From a virus (taxonomy: Duplodnaviria > Caudoviricetes), in the IMG/VR virus record IMGVR_UViG_3300047160_001842, positions 8,435 through 72,434 of that record: DNA of 64,000 nucleotides. One strand, given 5' to 3'. The translations under genes and the position numbers were made by a program. The notes under the pieces are model-generated. The model had not been told where the DNA came from. It did no database searches and saw only the letters and a program-made list of their open reading frames with translations. Positions 52,801-61,603 of the stretch are shown piece by piece. Each line of letters starts with the position of its first letter. Within the stretch, counting starts at the first letter, position 1.

Positions 52801-53774
52801 CCGGCGCTCTTTCCGTCGCCGGTAGCTACCGGGTTGTTGGTTTGGAGAGGCGTGGCCCAGAACACCTTTCGCAATTCCTCTTGCTCTGATCGAAGGTCCA
52901 TCCATGGGCGGTAGAAGGTGCATTTCTCGCGACCATAGCGCGGGAAGGCGCACTGGCCTGTCGCAACACACGAGACTTGGATGAGAGGATCGGCCCACGG
53001 GTGGACCTTTAGAACCTCCTCACGCATCAATCTGAATGCATTCTGGTATTCTCCGCCAGTCCGGACACAAAGCCGCACCTTGGCCATATCGCTGAGGGTA
53101 CGAAGGCTGAACTTGGCTTGAATGTTCGTTGCGAAGTTGGATGGGAGGATCGCGCGTGCATCCTGCAGGTCCGCGCCAGCGCTGAGCAGTTCTTTGTAGG
53201 AGGCTTCGGCGTCGGCCACGGCGTCATGCCATATGGTCGCCAGCGTCTCATCGTTCAGGAACTTGTCCGGCTGAACGATCTCATTCACTTCCACAGCGCG
53301 GCTGGACTCCTGCTGGTACGCGCCCGCTCGCGTGCGGACGAGTTGATGAGTCATGTTCTTGGAGACGCCCTCGATATTGAAGATGTAGTCCACAAAGTCA
53401 AAGGGGCTACGGATCGTATCAAGCATGTACTTGTACGCATCGTATAGCTCGGCTTCGGACATGTCTTCAGGCTTCTTGCCGCGCAGGCGTGTCGTCTTGG
53501 TGCCCACCAGCATTTGGAGGGCGTCTGGGGTGTATCTAATCAGACTGACTTTCACGGTGTTCCTTTCTAGGTAGTCCTTGATCCACTGCTGGACCTCGTG
53601 TGCTGCCGCGATGTACGCGGCGGATGGGGTTTTTGTAATCTCCTGGCCCGGTACGTATGCAGCCCAGATTTTATCCCTGAGATACTTGGGGAGTGTAAAC
53701 CAGTGATCGCGACAACCCCACATCGACGGTGGGACTGCGCGCGGGCATCCGGGCCAATGGCAGGTGTGCTTCAT
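52797..53774 (-). CDS. thyX: flavin-dependent thymidylate synthase (ThyX)-like protein with in-frame N-terminal CHxxGC...CxxHW module; internal GTG start at 53555
   Basis: HQLVRTR-x7-S, ARAILP, KVRLC motifs; RBS AGAAAGGAA before GTG 53555. Confidence 0.8.
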   Translation of the reverse strand: MKHTCHWPGCPRAVPPSMWGCRDHWFTLPKYLRDKIWAAYVPGQEITKTPSAAYIAAAHEVQQWIKDYLERNTVKVSLIRYTPDALQMLVGTKTTRLRGKKPEDMSEAELYDAYKYMLDTIRSPFDFVDYIFNIEGVSKNMTHQLVRTRAGAYQQESSRAVEVNEIVQPDKFLNDETLATIWHDAVADAEASYKELLSAGADLQDARAILPSNFATNIQAKFSLRTLSDMAKVRLCVRTGGEYQNAFRLMREEVLKVHPWADPLIQVSCVATGQCAFPRYGREKCTFYRPWMDLRSEQEELRKVFWATPLQTNNPVATGDGKSAG

Positions 53775-54019
53775 TTGATCGCCATCTGCATCTTGGTGTA
53801 GGCATCCTTGAAGGTGCCATGGGCAGACCACGTGGAGCCTTCAACGTGCAGCCAGCGACCGTTCATCAGCCGCTCCGTGGAGATGTAGTAGTGTCCCTTG
53901 CCGCCGATGATGTCGTCAGCGAATGGGCCGTCTTGCCGCTGCGTGATGACGTAGCGTGTCGTGTTCAGCGGCGGGAGAACAAAGTGCCAGATGACTTCGG
54001 AGAGGATGGCTTCGGTCAT
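53771..54019 (-). CDS. hypothetical protein
   Basis: Coupled by overlaps at both ends. Confidence 0.6.
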   Translation of the reverse strand: MTEAILSEVIWHFVLPPLNTTRYVITQRQDGPFADDIIGGKGHYYISTERLMNGRWLHVEGSTWSAHGTFKDAYTKMQMAIK

Positions 54020-54216
54020 TTACTCCTCGCGGCTTCGGTGTTGCTGGCGAGCACGACTTGCGCGAGCTTCTGTGCCTGCGGCTGTTCCAACTCGACATGG
54101 AGGATCAGAGCGTCATCCGTTATCGCTCCGGCTTCGCTGTAGTTGAATCCCGCCGCGACGAGATTGCGAGAGAAAATCGGTAGCTTCCACTTATCGATGG
54201 CAATGGCGGCTTTCAT
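54016..54216 (-). CDS. hypothetical protein
   Basis: RBS GGAGG. Confidence 0.6.
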   Translation of the reverse strand: MKAAIAIDKWKLPIFSRNLVAAGFNYSEAGAITDDALILHVELEQPQAQKLAQVVLASNTEAARSK

Positions 54217-54498
54217 TCACCCTCCGGTGTTGCTGTTGTCGCGCGTTGGGAAATTCATGTCGTCGTCTGGAGCCTTGTGCGGTCCCTTGACCATCATGAA
54301 GTTGTGGCCATCGCGCTTGATGTCGGTGATGCTGCCGCAGACTTCGCACTTGCCGCTGGTGTAGAACGTGTTCGCCACGTCCATCGTCTGCTTCATGCCG
54401 CATTTGGCGCACTTGAACTGCTGATAGCAGTCAATGGTTGGATCGTTCAGGAGGTCGTTGACCTGATCGAGGACTTGTTGAAATGGATAGAGGTTCAT
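54217..54498 (-). CDS. zinc-ribbon protein
   Basis: CAKCG and CEVCG pairs. Confidence 0.65.
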   Translation of the reverse strand: MNLYPFQQVLDQVNDLLNDPTIDCYQQFKCAKCGMKQTMDVANTFYTSGKCEVCGSITDIKRDGHNFMMVKGPHKAPDDDMNFPTRDNSNTGG

Positions 54499-54508
54499 TC
54501 TGGTCTTT

Positions 54509-54685
54509 CTAGGGTCGCAGTGAATAAATGCGGGTGTAGAGACGGCGCAGCCAATCAATCTCAACCTCCGATAGAGGAGTTGCCTTGTCGTGCAGCCGCG
54601 CCAACTCTTTCGACTCTTCCTGAGTCATATAGCTGGTGCCGTTGAGGACGTTGAGCTTACTGATCATCTGTTCCGTCTCGTTCAT
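54509..54685 (-). CDS. 58-aa hypothetical protein
   Basis: Hand translation MNETEQMISKLNVLNG...; RBS AGGAG. Confidence 0.55.
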   Translation of the reverse strand: MNETEQMISKLNVLNGTSYMTQEESKELARLHDKATPLSEVEIDWLRRLYTRIYSLRP

Positions 54686-54694
54686 CTTTGGCTC

Positions 54695-55621
54695 CTATTT
54701 AGCAAGAACCAAGCGCCTATCGTAAGCGCTCGCGGCGATCAGCTTCTGAACTATTCCAATATCCTTGATGATGTCGTCCAGAAGGATATTGCGCCAGCAA
54801 GCAAACCTGCCAATACTGAAGACATTGAACTCCACCGAGAGCTTGTGGAGGAGCGCGCGGCGGACATCGTTGTCGATGTTCACAATCTTCCCATAACGCT
54901 GGTTCACCTGCTCGATACGCTCCACCTCGTTCGGGCTGATCCCGAAGGCGCTGCATACATAGCCCAAGTCGTCGCTACCAGTGAATGCTGCAGCGGCGTG
55001 TGCCTGCTCGATGATGAGTAGATCGCCGGTGATACTCGCCCGGTACACACGGACATTCGGCTGAGGAAAGTAGATCGTTTGGTGGAGATCGGAGCCGCGC
55101 CGCAGGCGATACCGGCTTACTTGGATCGGAGAGGCCTGAAAGGACATGTCCGATGGGGCCGCCAAGCCACACGCGGCCAGGATTGCAGGAAGAGGTATCG
55201 TGGAGATAATCGCGTGGCTCTGGTCACGTTCTACGCGGTCCAAACGAGTGTTCAGACGGATGCGGGCGCGGTGTCGATGGACCAGTCGCTCGTGGAAGTC
55301 CTCCGGCGCGATGTAGCGAGTCTCTGACTTGAGGTTCCAGATGCTTCGATCACCGGACATGAAGCCAATAACCTTCTCAGCGTAGAGGTTCGCGAGTCGC
55401 GGCGTACACTGCATGTAGGTCGTTCCCTCATACTGGATCGCCTTGTGAACGGTGACGGGCTTGAAGGGGATGCCAGTGGCCTGCGCGACGGCCTCGCTGC
55501 GAAAGCGCAGTAGGGCCTTGTGTTCTGCGTTGCCGTTGCCTGCCTCGTGAATCGGGATGTCCGGGATATGGCAGGCTGCGATGAGGCCGGACAGACCGGC
55601 GCCAATGATTTTGGCGGACAT
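54695..55621 (-). CDS. FAD/NAD-binding oxidoreductase (UDP-galactopyranose-mutase-like fold)
   Basis: IIGAGLSGLIAA...HE dinucleotide fold; ISTIPL; SIGRFACW. Confidence 0.75.
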   Translation of the reverse strand: MSAKIIGAGLSGLIAACHIPDIPIHEAGNGNAEHKALLRFRSEAVAQATGIPFKPVTVHKAIQYEGTTYMQCTPRLANLYAEKVIGFMSGDRSIWNLKSETRYIAPEDFHERLVHRHRARIRLNTRLDRVERDQSHAIISTIPLPAILAACGLAAPSDMSFQASPIQVSRYRLRRGSDLHQTIYFPQPNVRVYRASITGDLLIIEQAHAAAAFTGSDDLGYVCSAFGISPNEVERIEQVNQRYGKIVNIDNDVRRALLHKLSVEFNVFSIGRFACWRNILLDDIIKDIGIVQKLIAASAYDRRLVLAK

Positions 55622-55635
55622 AGAACTCCAGTTGG

Positions 55636-55672
55636 AAAAGAAAAAGCCGCCCCATTTTACTGGAGCGGCTTT
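55636..55672 (-). terminator. intrinsic terminator
   Basis: GCCGCUCCA/UGGGGCGGC stem followed by UUUUUCUUUU on the minus strand. Confidence 0.75.
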
Positions 55673-55695
55673 GTACAGGCGAGTGCCTTGGTGGC

Positions 55696-56547
55696 TTAGG
55701 CGGCAGCGGCTTGTTCGCCTTCGGTCACGGCCTGTCCAGCAGACTCGCCCTTGGCGGACTCGTCTGCTGGTGTGATGAAGTCCAGGTGGCTGGCTTCTTC
55801 GAGCTTGCTCAGGTAGCTGCGCACGCTGGTGCCGTAGAGGAACGGCTTGCACTCGGTCGCCAGCGACTCGATGGACACCGGCACGCCCGGTTGCGCGACC
55901 GACTTGATGTAAGCCAAGACGCGGCCACGAATCGAGGTGGCTTGCGGGTTGCTGATGCCGCTGCCTTCGGGCAGGAGGACGATGTGCGTGGCCTTGGTCC
56001 GGCGCTCGCCGTTGACCTTGGTGGAGTCGCGGCGTTCGGACCACTTGGCTTGGCGCTGCTTGACTTCGTCCTCGCGGGCTTGCTTGCGAGCGGTCACGGC
56101 TGCTTCCTTCTCGGCTGCTGCCTTCACGCGCGCTTCTTCACGGTCGGCCTTTTCCTTGGCCTTCGCTTCTTCGCGTTCCTTCGCCGCCTTGGCGCGCGCT
56201 TCTTCACGTGCAGCCGCGCCTTCGGTGCGGGCCTTCTCACGCTCAGCTTCGCGCGTCTTCGCGGCTTCCGCGCGTTCAGCTTCACGCTTCTTCGCGGCTT
56301 CTTCGCGCTCAGCTGCCTTGGCCTTGTTCGCTTCTTCGCGCTCAGCCGCCTTCTTCTGGTTCTCGGCTTCGCGCTCGGATTGCTTGGCCTGCTGGTCCTT
56401 TTCGCGCGCTTCGGCCTTGGCCTTGCGTTCGGCTTCGATCTTCTCAGCCTTGGCCTTGCGGGCGGCTTCGGCGTCTGCGGCCTTCTTGGCCTTGTCTTCG
56501 TTTGCGGGCTGGGCCTTGCCCTTCTGGGCTGCTGCGGCTTGGTTCAC
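55696..56547 (-). CDS. Lys/Ala/Glu/Arg-rich coiled-coil protein with C-terminal wHTH-like domain
   Basis: RBS CAGGAG and GTG at 56547; ~170 aa charged helix, then SIRGRVLAYI...YLSKLEEA.HL. Confidence 0.7.
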   Translation of the reverse strand: MNQAAAAQKGKAQPANEDKAKKAADAEAARKAKAEKIEAERKAKAEAREKDQQAKQSEREAENQKKAAEREEANKAKAAEREEAAKKREAERAEAAKTREAEREKARTEGAAAREEARAKAAKEREEAKAKEKADREEARVKAAAEKEAAVTARKQAREDEVKQRQAKWSERRDSTKVNGERRTKATHIVLLPEGSGISNPQATSIRGRVLAYIKSVAQPGVPVSIESLATECKPFLYGTSVRSYLSKLEEASHLDFITPADESAKGESAGQAVTEGEQAAAA

Positions 56548-56620
56548 GGATAGCTCCTGTTTCGTCGGTTGGGTTGTGGTGAGGGGATTGTAAGGTGGAG
56601 TGGCCAGAGTTGGAGTGTTC

Positions 56621-57778
56621 TTATCTGCCTGCACGGCGATAGACCGTAAGGCGCGTGGCAGCGCGGGTATACGCTGTATATCGGAGCTTCGCCACATCGC
56701 CCATCGGCTCATCGATAACGAGGACATTAGGCCACTCGCTACCCTGGCTCTTGTGTACGGTACAGGCATACCCGTAGGCGAAGCCGCCGATGGCTTTAAC
56801 GGCCTCTTTCGCCACCTCACCGTCATCGCTGAAGGACGCGGGATTGAACTTGACCTTGCGGGTCTTCCCGTCCGTCAGCGAGCGCAAGAAAACGTACATC
56901 ATATCCTCCGGCTCATTCGCGCCGATATCGTATTCAGGTACGTCCTCGAACTTGATGATAATCCCTTGCTCTCCGTTCATCATCCCGTGCTTGTGCTGGT
57001 TGAACGTGCACATCACCTTTTCACCGATCTGGGGAATCGGGCTGTCGGCGAATCCGAGCTTTTCGCGCACGCGGCGGTTGATCGCTACGCGCGTATTGTT
57101 GTACGAGACGAGAATCTGAGCATCTTCGCCGGAGTGTTCCATCAGCATGTCCAGATCGGCGGAGCCGGTCCTCACGCGGACATCGTCATACTCGCGGTCA
57201 GGGAGGGTCTTGCCTTGGCGAACGAAACCAGCCGCGCGGATGATGTTCGACTCGGCCTTCTGACGAAGGATTTGGGTGAGTTCGAAGTCCACGTGGTCCG
57301 GCGTGAGGGAGTAAGGAGCCTTGACCGGAGGGAGCTGGCCCAGATCGCCCAGCGCCAGAATCGGGATACCGTGGCGGCTGACGGCGTTGAAGTCGTATTC
57401 GCCCACCATCGAGGCCTCGTCCATCACCACGAGGAGCGGGAGGATGTCCAGAGCGTCTTTCTCGTGAAAGATGGGATCGCCTTCCTCATCCTCGCCGCGC
57501 GGGTTGTAGGCGAAGGAATGGAGTGTCCGCGCGCCCTCGCACCCCTTATCGCGCAGGCGGGCCGCTGCTTTACCGGTCGGCGCGATGTACGCGATGGAGC
57601 GGTGATTAGGTACACACTCCTCCGCCGCCGCGCGGGCGATGGTGGTTTTCCCGGTCCCGGCGTATCCTGTGAGGAAGAAGGTTTGTTTACGGGTGAGGCC
57701 TGCGCGGAAGGCGGTGTACCAGCTCTTGATGGCTTGGATGGCCGCTTGCTGTTCTTCGGTGAAGGTGATGTTCGTCAT
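56621..57778 (-). CDS. RecD/Dda-like SF1 helicase
   Basis: GYAGTGKT, APTGKAA, DEASMV, GDLGQLPPV, TVHKSQGSEW, YTAYTRA. Confidence 0.93.
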   Translation of the reverse strand: MTNITFTEEQQAAIQAIKSWYTAFRAGLTRKQTFFLTGYAGTGKTTIARAAAEECVPNHRSIAYIAPTGKAAARLRDKGCEGARTLHSFAYNPRGEDEEGDPIFHEKDALDILPLLVVMDEASMVGEYDFNAVSRHGIPILALGDLGQLPPVKAPYSLTPDHVDFELTQILRQKAESNIIRAAGFVRQGKTLPDREYDDVRVRTGSADLDMLMEHSGEDAQILVSYNNTRVAINRRVREKLGFADSPIPQIGEKVMCTFNQHKHGMMNGEQGIIIKFEDVPEYDIGANEPEDMMYVFLRSLTDGKTRKVKFNPASFSDDGEVAKEAVKAIGGFAYGYACTVHKSQGSEWPNVLVIDEPMGDVAKLRYTAYTRAATRLTVYRRAGR

Positions 57779-57823
57779 GTTCAGGCCTCGTTTGGCTCGT
57801 TCAGTTGTGGAGCTTTGAGTATC

Positions 57824-58648
57824 CTACTTTTTAATGTCGTCGCCAAAGTATCGAACCGGGCTGCACTTCTCCGACATGATGAGCCTCTTGAACTTCGGGT
57901 AGTGCACAGCGTGGCGCTTATCAAAGGTCCCATACCTCAGTGTCCGCTCGTCCAGTACGCGCGTGGTGAACTTGATATCCACTAGCTCGTATGGGCCAAA
58001 CACCAAGATGTGGCGCTCATCGATCTTCGGCACAGGATGATCGACACGACCGGTGGAGTGGTCCGTGATGTATCGCATCGCGTTCTTATACTCAACGCGA
58101 AATAACTTGCGACGCTTGCCGTCAATCCACCACACATGGCCATCATTGAACTTGTCCGTCTCGCTGTTGGCGCCATATGCCCATTTCTCGTACATAGACA
58201 CGGTGTAGTCCTCTGCAAGCTTGACTTCGGATATATCCTTCAAGATAAGCCACGTCATCGCCGCGCCATCGTGAGAGCAGTGGTTCAACGTCCGCGCGAT
58301 CTGCTCATCAGGCACTAGGGTCACGCCCTGCACTTCGAACATCCACGGCTTTCCACTGGGCCGCTGCACAAACACGTCGGCAATGCGCTCTCCAATAGGC
58401 TCTTCAATCGAGGCCGCTTCACCAAAGAAGTCGCGAATGTAGCACTGCGCCTGATAGTGCTCCTCCGACATCGCCTCGCTATACGGGCAATCACACCCTG
58501 GGGCGTGATTGAAGTGCGGTGTGCGGCGACCAGAGCCTATGTGAAGATGCATCGGCCACTTGCAATGTAAACAATGAAACGGCCCTTGGTCTCGATCTGC
58601 GTTTGGCGCGAATGTGCGTGTGCCGTTGCGGCAGACAGCGTACAGCAT
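57824..58648 (-). CDS. CoiA-like zinc-finger PD-(D/E)xK nuclease
   Basis: CLHC...PHFNH...SEEH...RIADV...FEVQ. Confidence 0.75.
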   Translation of the reverse strand: MLYAVCRNGTRTFAPNADRDQGPFHCLHCKWPMHLHIGSGRRTPHFNHAPGCDCPYSEAMSEEHYQAQCYIRDFFGEAASIEEPIGERIADVFVQRPSGKPWMFEVQGVTLVPDEQIARTLNHCSHDGAAMTWLILKDISEVKLAEDYTVSMYEKWAYGANSETDKFNDGHVWWIDGKRRKLFRVEYKNAMRYITDHSTGRVDHPVPKIDERHILVFGPYELVDIKFTTRVLDERTLRYGTFDKRHAVHYPKFKRLIMSEKCSPVRYFGDDIKK

Positions 58649-58739
58649 TGAATGTGTCCTTAATGGGTACGATGAGAGGCGTGTAGGTTACGCTGCTGCG
58701 TGTGAACGAGGCGTAAGCGCTGGCTATATGGCACACCTA

Positions 58740-58763
58740 GACCACAACCCCTCGGAGTACGAT
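58740..58763 (+). promoter_or_regulatory. putative phage-type promoter GACCAC-N12-TACGAT before the primase
   Basis: Same spacing and ctaG prefix as the GGACAC motifs. Confidence 0.4.
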
Positions 58764-58793
58764 CCCAAGCCCAAACCCTAACCAAGAAAGACA

Positions 58794-59864
58794 ATGGACG
58801 AGCAACTAAAGCTTTGTACAGAGTTTCTGACTGAGCTCGGCAGAGGACTACCAGACACAGAACGGGTGATGGTAGGATATGCCGCAGAGGCAACAGTCAA
58901 AACCGAATCAGACGGAAGGAAAATCAACAAAGGCTGGTGGCCAGAGCCGTGGAGGCTTGGTAAATACATCAAAGAGACTGGAAATGCCTACGTATCGATA
59001 TCCTCGTCAATAAAGACGCCAAACGAGAAAGGCGAGATGCGCTTCTGGCGTGGCGAAGCATCCTTTGGCCACGGTCTAGCGCTGATGGTTGACGACATCG
59101 GTGACGGTAAAGGATCGAAGGGAGGGTTGTCCGTTGCGACGGTAAGCTTGATGCTGCCACCGACAGCGGTGATCGAGACTTCGCCAGGAAACCACCAGCT
59201 TTGGTACTTCTTCGATGAGCCTGAAGCAAACATGCGACGGTTCAAGAGCTTCCTGGTGGGATTCGTCAAGAACGTTCTCAGCGAGCGCGGCGGTGATAGC
59301 ACGATTCGAGATGTATCACGCTATGGCCGCATGCCAATCGGCATCAACAACAAGCGCATCGAGGCCACGTGGGAGCTCAAATATGGTGAGAAATGCCCAG
59401 TGCGGCTGCTTCACGCCAACTACAGCAACCGCTACTCGATGGATGATATCGCCAAGGCATTCAAATTCACCATCGTTGAGCCGCCTCCACCACGCGAACC
59501 AACAGAAGATGAAATGGCAGAAAAGCCGGTGAACGACTACCTTCTGGCGTGTGCTGTTGCAATCCTCACCAAGGCCAAGATGGGAGAGGCTTCAGGCGGA
59601 AAGGTCACCAAGAACATGAGCGGCAAATACCGGATTAAGTGTCCATGGGGCGACGAGCATACCAATGGCGATCGTGGGGGCGCGTACTTCCGTGGATATA
59701 TCCCAGGCGCAGAGCATGAATACGTCTTCGGGTGTGCTCATGATACTTGCCGCAAAGATAACAAGCGCACTTGGTCGACATTCATCGACTTCGTGGTCAT
59801 GCCATCAATCATTAGAGCACTGAACAAGGCAAACGCAGAACATGAACAGTACACAATCGGATAA
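58794..59864 (+). CDS. RepB-family (AEP) DNA primase with C-terminal Zn-binding region
   Basis: LMVDDIG, ETSPGNHQLWY, RYGRMP.G.N.K, CPW..EH...C.H..C. Confidence 0.85.
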   Translation: MDEQLKLCTEFLTELGRGLPDTERVMVGYAAEATVKTESDGRKINKGWWPEPWRLGKYIKETGNAYVSISSSIKTPNEKGEMRFWRGEASFGHGLALMVDDIGDGKGSKGGLSVATVSLMLPPTAVIETSPGNHQLWYFFDEPEANMRRFKSFLVGFVKNVLSERGGDSTIRDVSRYGRMPIGINNKRIEATWELKYGEKCPVRLLHANYSNRYSMDDIAKAFKFTIVEPPPPREPTEDEMAEKPVNDYLLACAVAILTKAKMGEASGGKVTKNMSGKYRIKCPWGDEHTNGDRGGAYFRGYIPGAEHEYVFGCAHDTCRKDNKRTWSTFIDFVVMPSIIRALNKANAEHEQYTIG

Positions 59865-61596
59865 TGGCGGCCAAAGCTATCTCAGGCGGCTCTCAGCCGG
59901 TGAAGGTGCAGTAGCCGATGATGACGATGCCAATCTTCCTGTGCAAGAGAAAGAAGATGCAAACAGCAAAATGGCCTTCACCAGACAGAAGGATGAGCTT
60001 GAGCGTGCGCGTCTGGAGGATTTAAAGGCCATCAGAGAGCAATATCCGAAAAGCCTGTTGTTGAGGATGAAGAAGTGTCGCGCCAACAACAGGATTGACA
60101 TCGCTGATAGGTTGAGGGATAAGGAGACCGGTGAGTTTGTCCCAAAGCTCACCGAGTTGAACCTTCTTCGCATCTATGATGCGCTGTTTATTGGCAAGAC
60201 GATTGCCGACGTTCACTGCGATACCAGTCGTCGCATGATCGTAGATGAGAGTGGAAGACAGATTGATGATGTCTGGAGTCCGCGCGAGTTGATGGAGGCC
60301 ATCCAGGTAGTCGGCTTGCGTAGCCAAAACGGGTCGCTTAGCGCGGCAATGGTGAAGAGGACGTTGCGAACGTGGGCGCTGGCCAATCAGTTCAATGACA
60401 TCTCTGAGCGCGTGAGGACCAAGCTTGAGGAGGTGGAGTGGGATGGGGCGTCGCGGCTGGAGGCGTATCTGATCAAGACGCTTGGGCTGGAGGACTCCGC
60501 AGACAACAGGCTATTCTCCAAGTACTGGTGCTTGTCGCTGTATAACCGCGTGATGCACCCAGGTTGCTTGGCGCCGATATCCATGGCCATGTTCGGATCG
60601 ATGGACGCTGGTAAATCGCACTTCCAGAACATGATCTGCCGCGAGCTTCTTTTCAACAAGAAAGCCGCGCCTGTTACGTTCGATCCGAATATGGACAAGA
60701 AGCAATTGTTCCGTGATATCTATGGAATATCAATCATTGCCACGATTCCTGAAATGACTGGCTTTGGAACAGGCGACCTTCGAAAGATGAAGGCGATCTT
60801 GACCGGCACAACTGATACATTTGACCAGAAGTTTGGGTTCAGTGATGCATGGCCGCGACAGTTCATCTTCGTGATGGATGGCAATAGGTACGCAGGCCTG
60901 TTCCGAGATAACGACGACACCAATGCGGATGGAAGGTCGCAGGGCGAGCGGCGGTGGTTTCCTGTGTTCGTAGGCCAGATTCCTGGGGCTTCTGGCGAAG
61001 TGCGTTGGGACCAGAAGTTCAAGGTTGATTTTTCAGAGCAGTTTGGGCTTGAGCTCTGGCAGGTGATGAAGGAGTGCGACAGTTGGATGGCTTCTCATGA
61101 TATGGATGGGTATGAGAAGTTGGTGATGGAGACTACTGCCATGGTCAAAGAGTTCAGCCGCCGTGAGAAAGAGGCCGGACAGGGGACAGTCAAGGATGAG
61201 ATGCTGGATGAATTGTTCCCGCGTGTTATGTATAGGGCGGTGCAATCTGCTGGTTGGATTGGATCGCTTGCGGCGGATGGTGGGAAGGTGCGTGGGTTGT
61301 GTGTGTTTAGTGGTGACGTGATTGCCGCTTATAAGATGTTGGAGGGGAGGCCGATATCTCCGCAGAAGCTGAACAAGAAGATTGCTTTGATGAAAGACTC
61401 GCACCGTGGTAGGTTTTCTGCAACCAATGTGACTGCTTTTGTGTTCGAGGGTGAGGAGTTTTCGGCGATGGAGGATGGGCGGGCGGAGGGTGGGAAGGAG
61501 CTTGCCGAGGCGTTCTGGCGGAAGTATGTGAGCGAAGTTGTGCCGGATTCTGACTATGGCCAGACTGATGGTGAGAAGTCTAGGGATGGGTTTTGA
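59842..61596 (+). CDS. VapE/VirE-like SF3-related helicase
   Basis: GSMDAGKS Walker A, PRQFIF, RRWFPV. Confidence 0.85.
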   Translation: MNSTQSDNGGQSYLRRLSAGEGAVADDDDANLPVQEKEDANSKMAFTRQKDELERARLEDLKAIREQYPKSLLLRMKKCRANNRIDIADRLRDKETGEFVPKLTELNLLRIYDALFIGKTIADVHCDTSRRMIVDESGRQIDDVWSPRELMEAIQVVGLRSQNGSLSAAMVKRTLRTWALANQFNDISERVRTKLEEVEWDGASRLEAYLIKTLGLEDSADNRLFSKYWCLSLYNRVMHPGCLAPISMAMFGSMDAGKSHFQNMICRELLFNKKAAPVTFDPNMDKKQLFRDIYGISIIATIPEMTGFGTGDLRKMKAILTGTTDTFDQKFGFSDAWPRQFIFVMDGNRYAGLFRDNDDTNADGRSQGERRWFPVFVGQIPGASGEVRWDQKFKVDFSEQFGLELWQVMKECDSWMASHDMDGYEKLVMETTAMVKEFSRREKEAGQGTVKDEMLDELFPRVMYRAVQSAGWIGSLAADGGKVRGLCVFSGDVIAAYKMLEGRPISPQKLNKKIALMKDSHRGRFSATNVTAFVFEGEEFSAMEDGRAEGGKELAEAFWRKYVSEVVPDSDYGQTDGEKSRDGF

Positions 61597-61603
61597 TGTG
61601 GTC

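Noticed and set aside
54563-54570. Isolated AACCTCCG iteron-like 8-mer
   Set aside because: A single copy inside a small ORF is expected by chance in 64 kb.
54695-56044. 449-aa version of the oxidoreductase
   Set aside because: The extension overlaps another gene and a terminator; the Rossmann motif starts right after ATG 55621.
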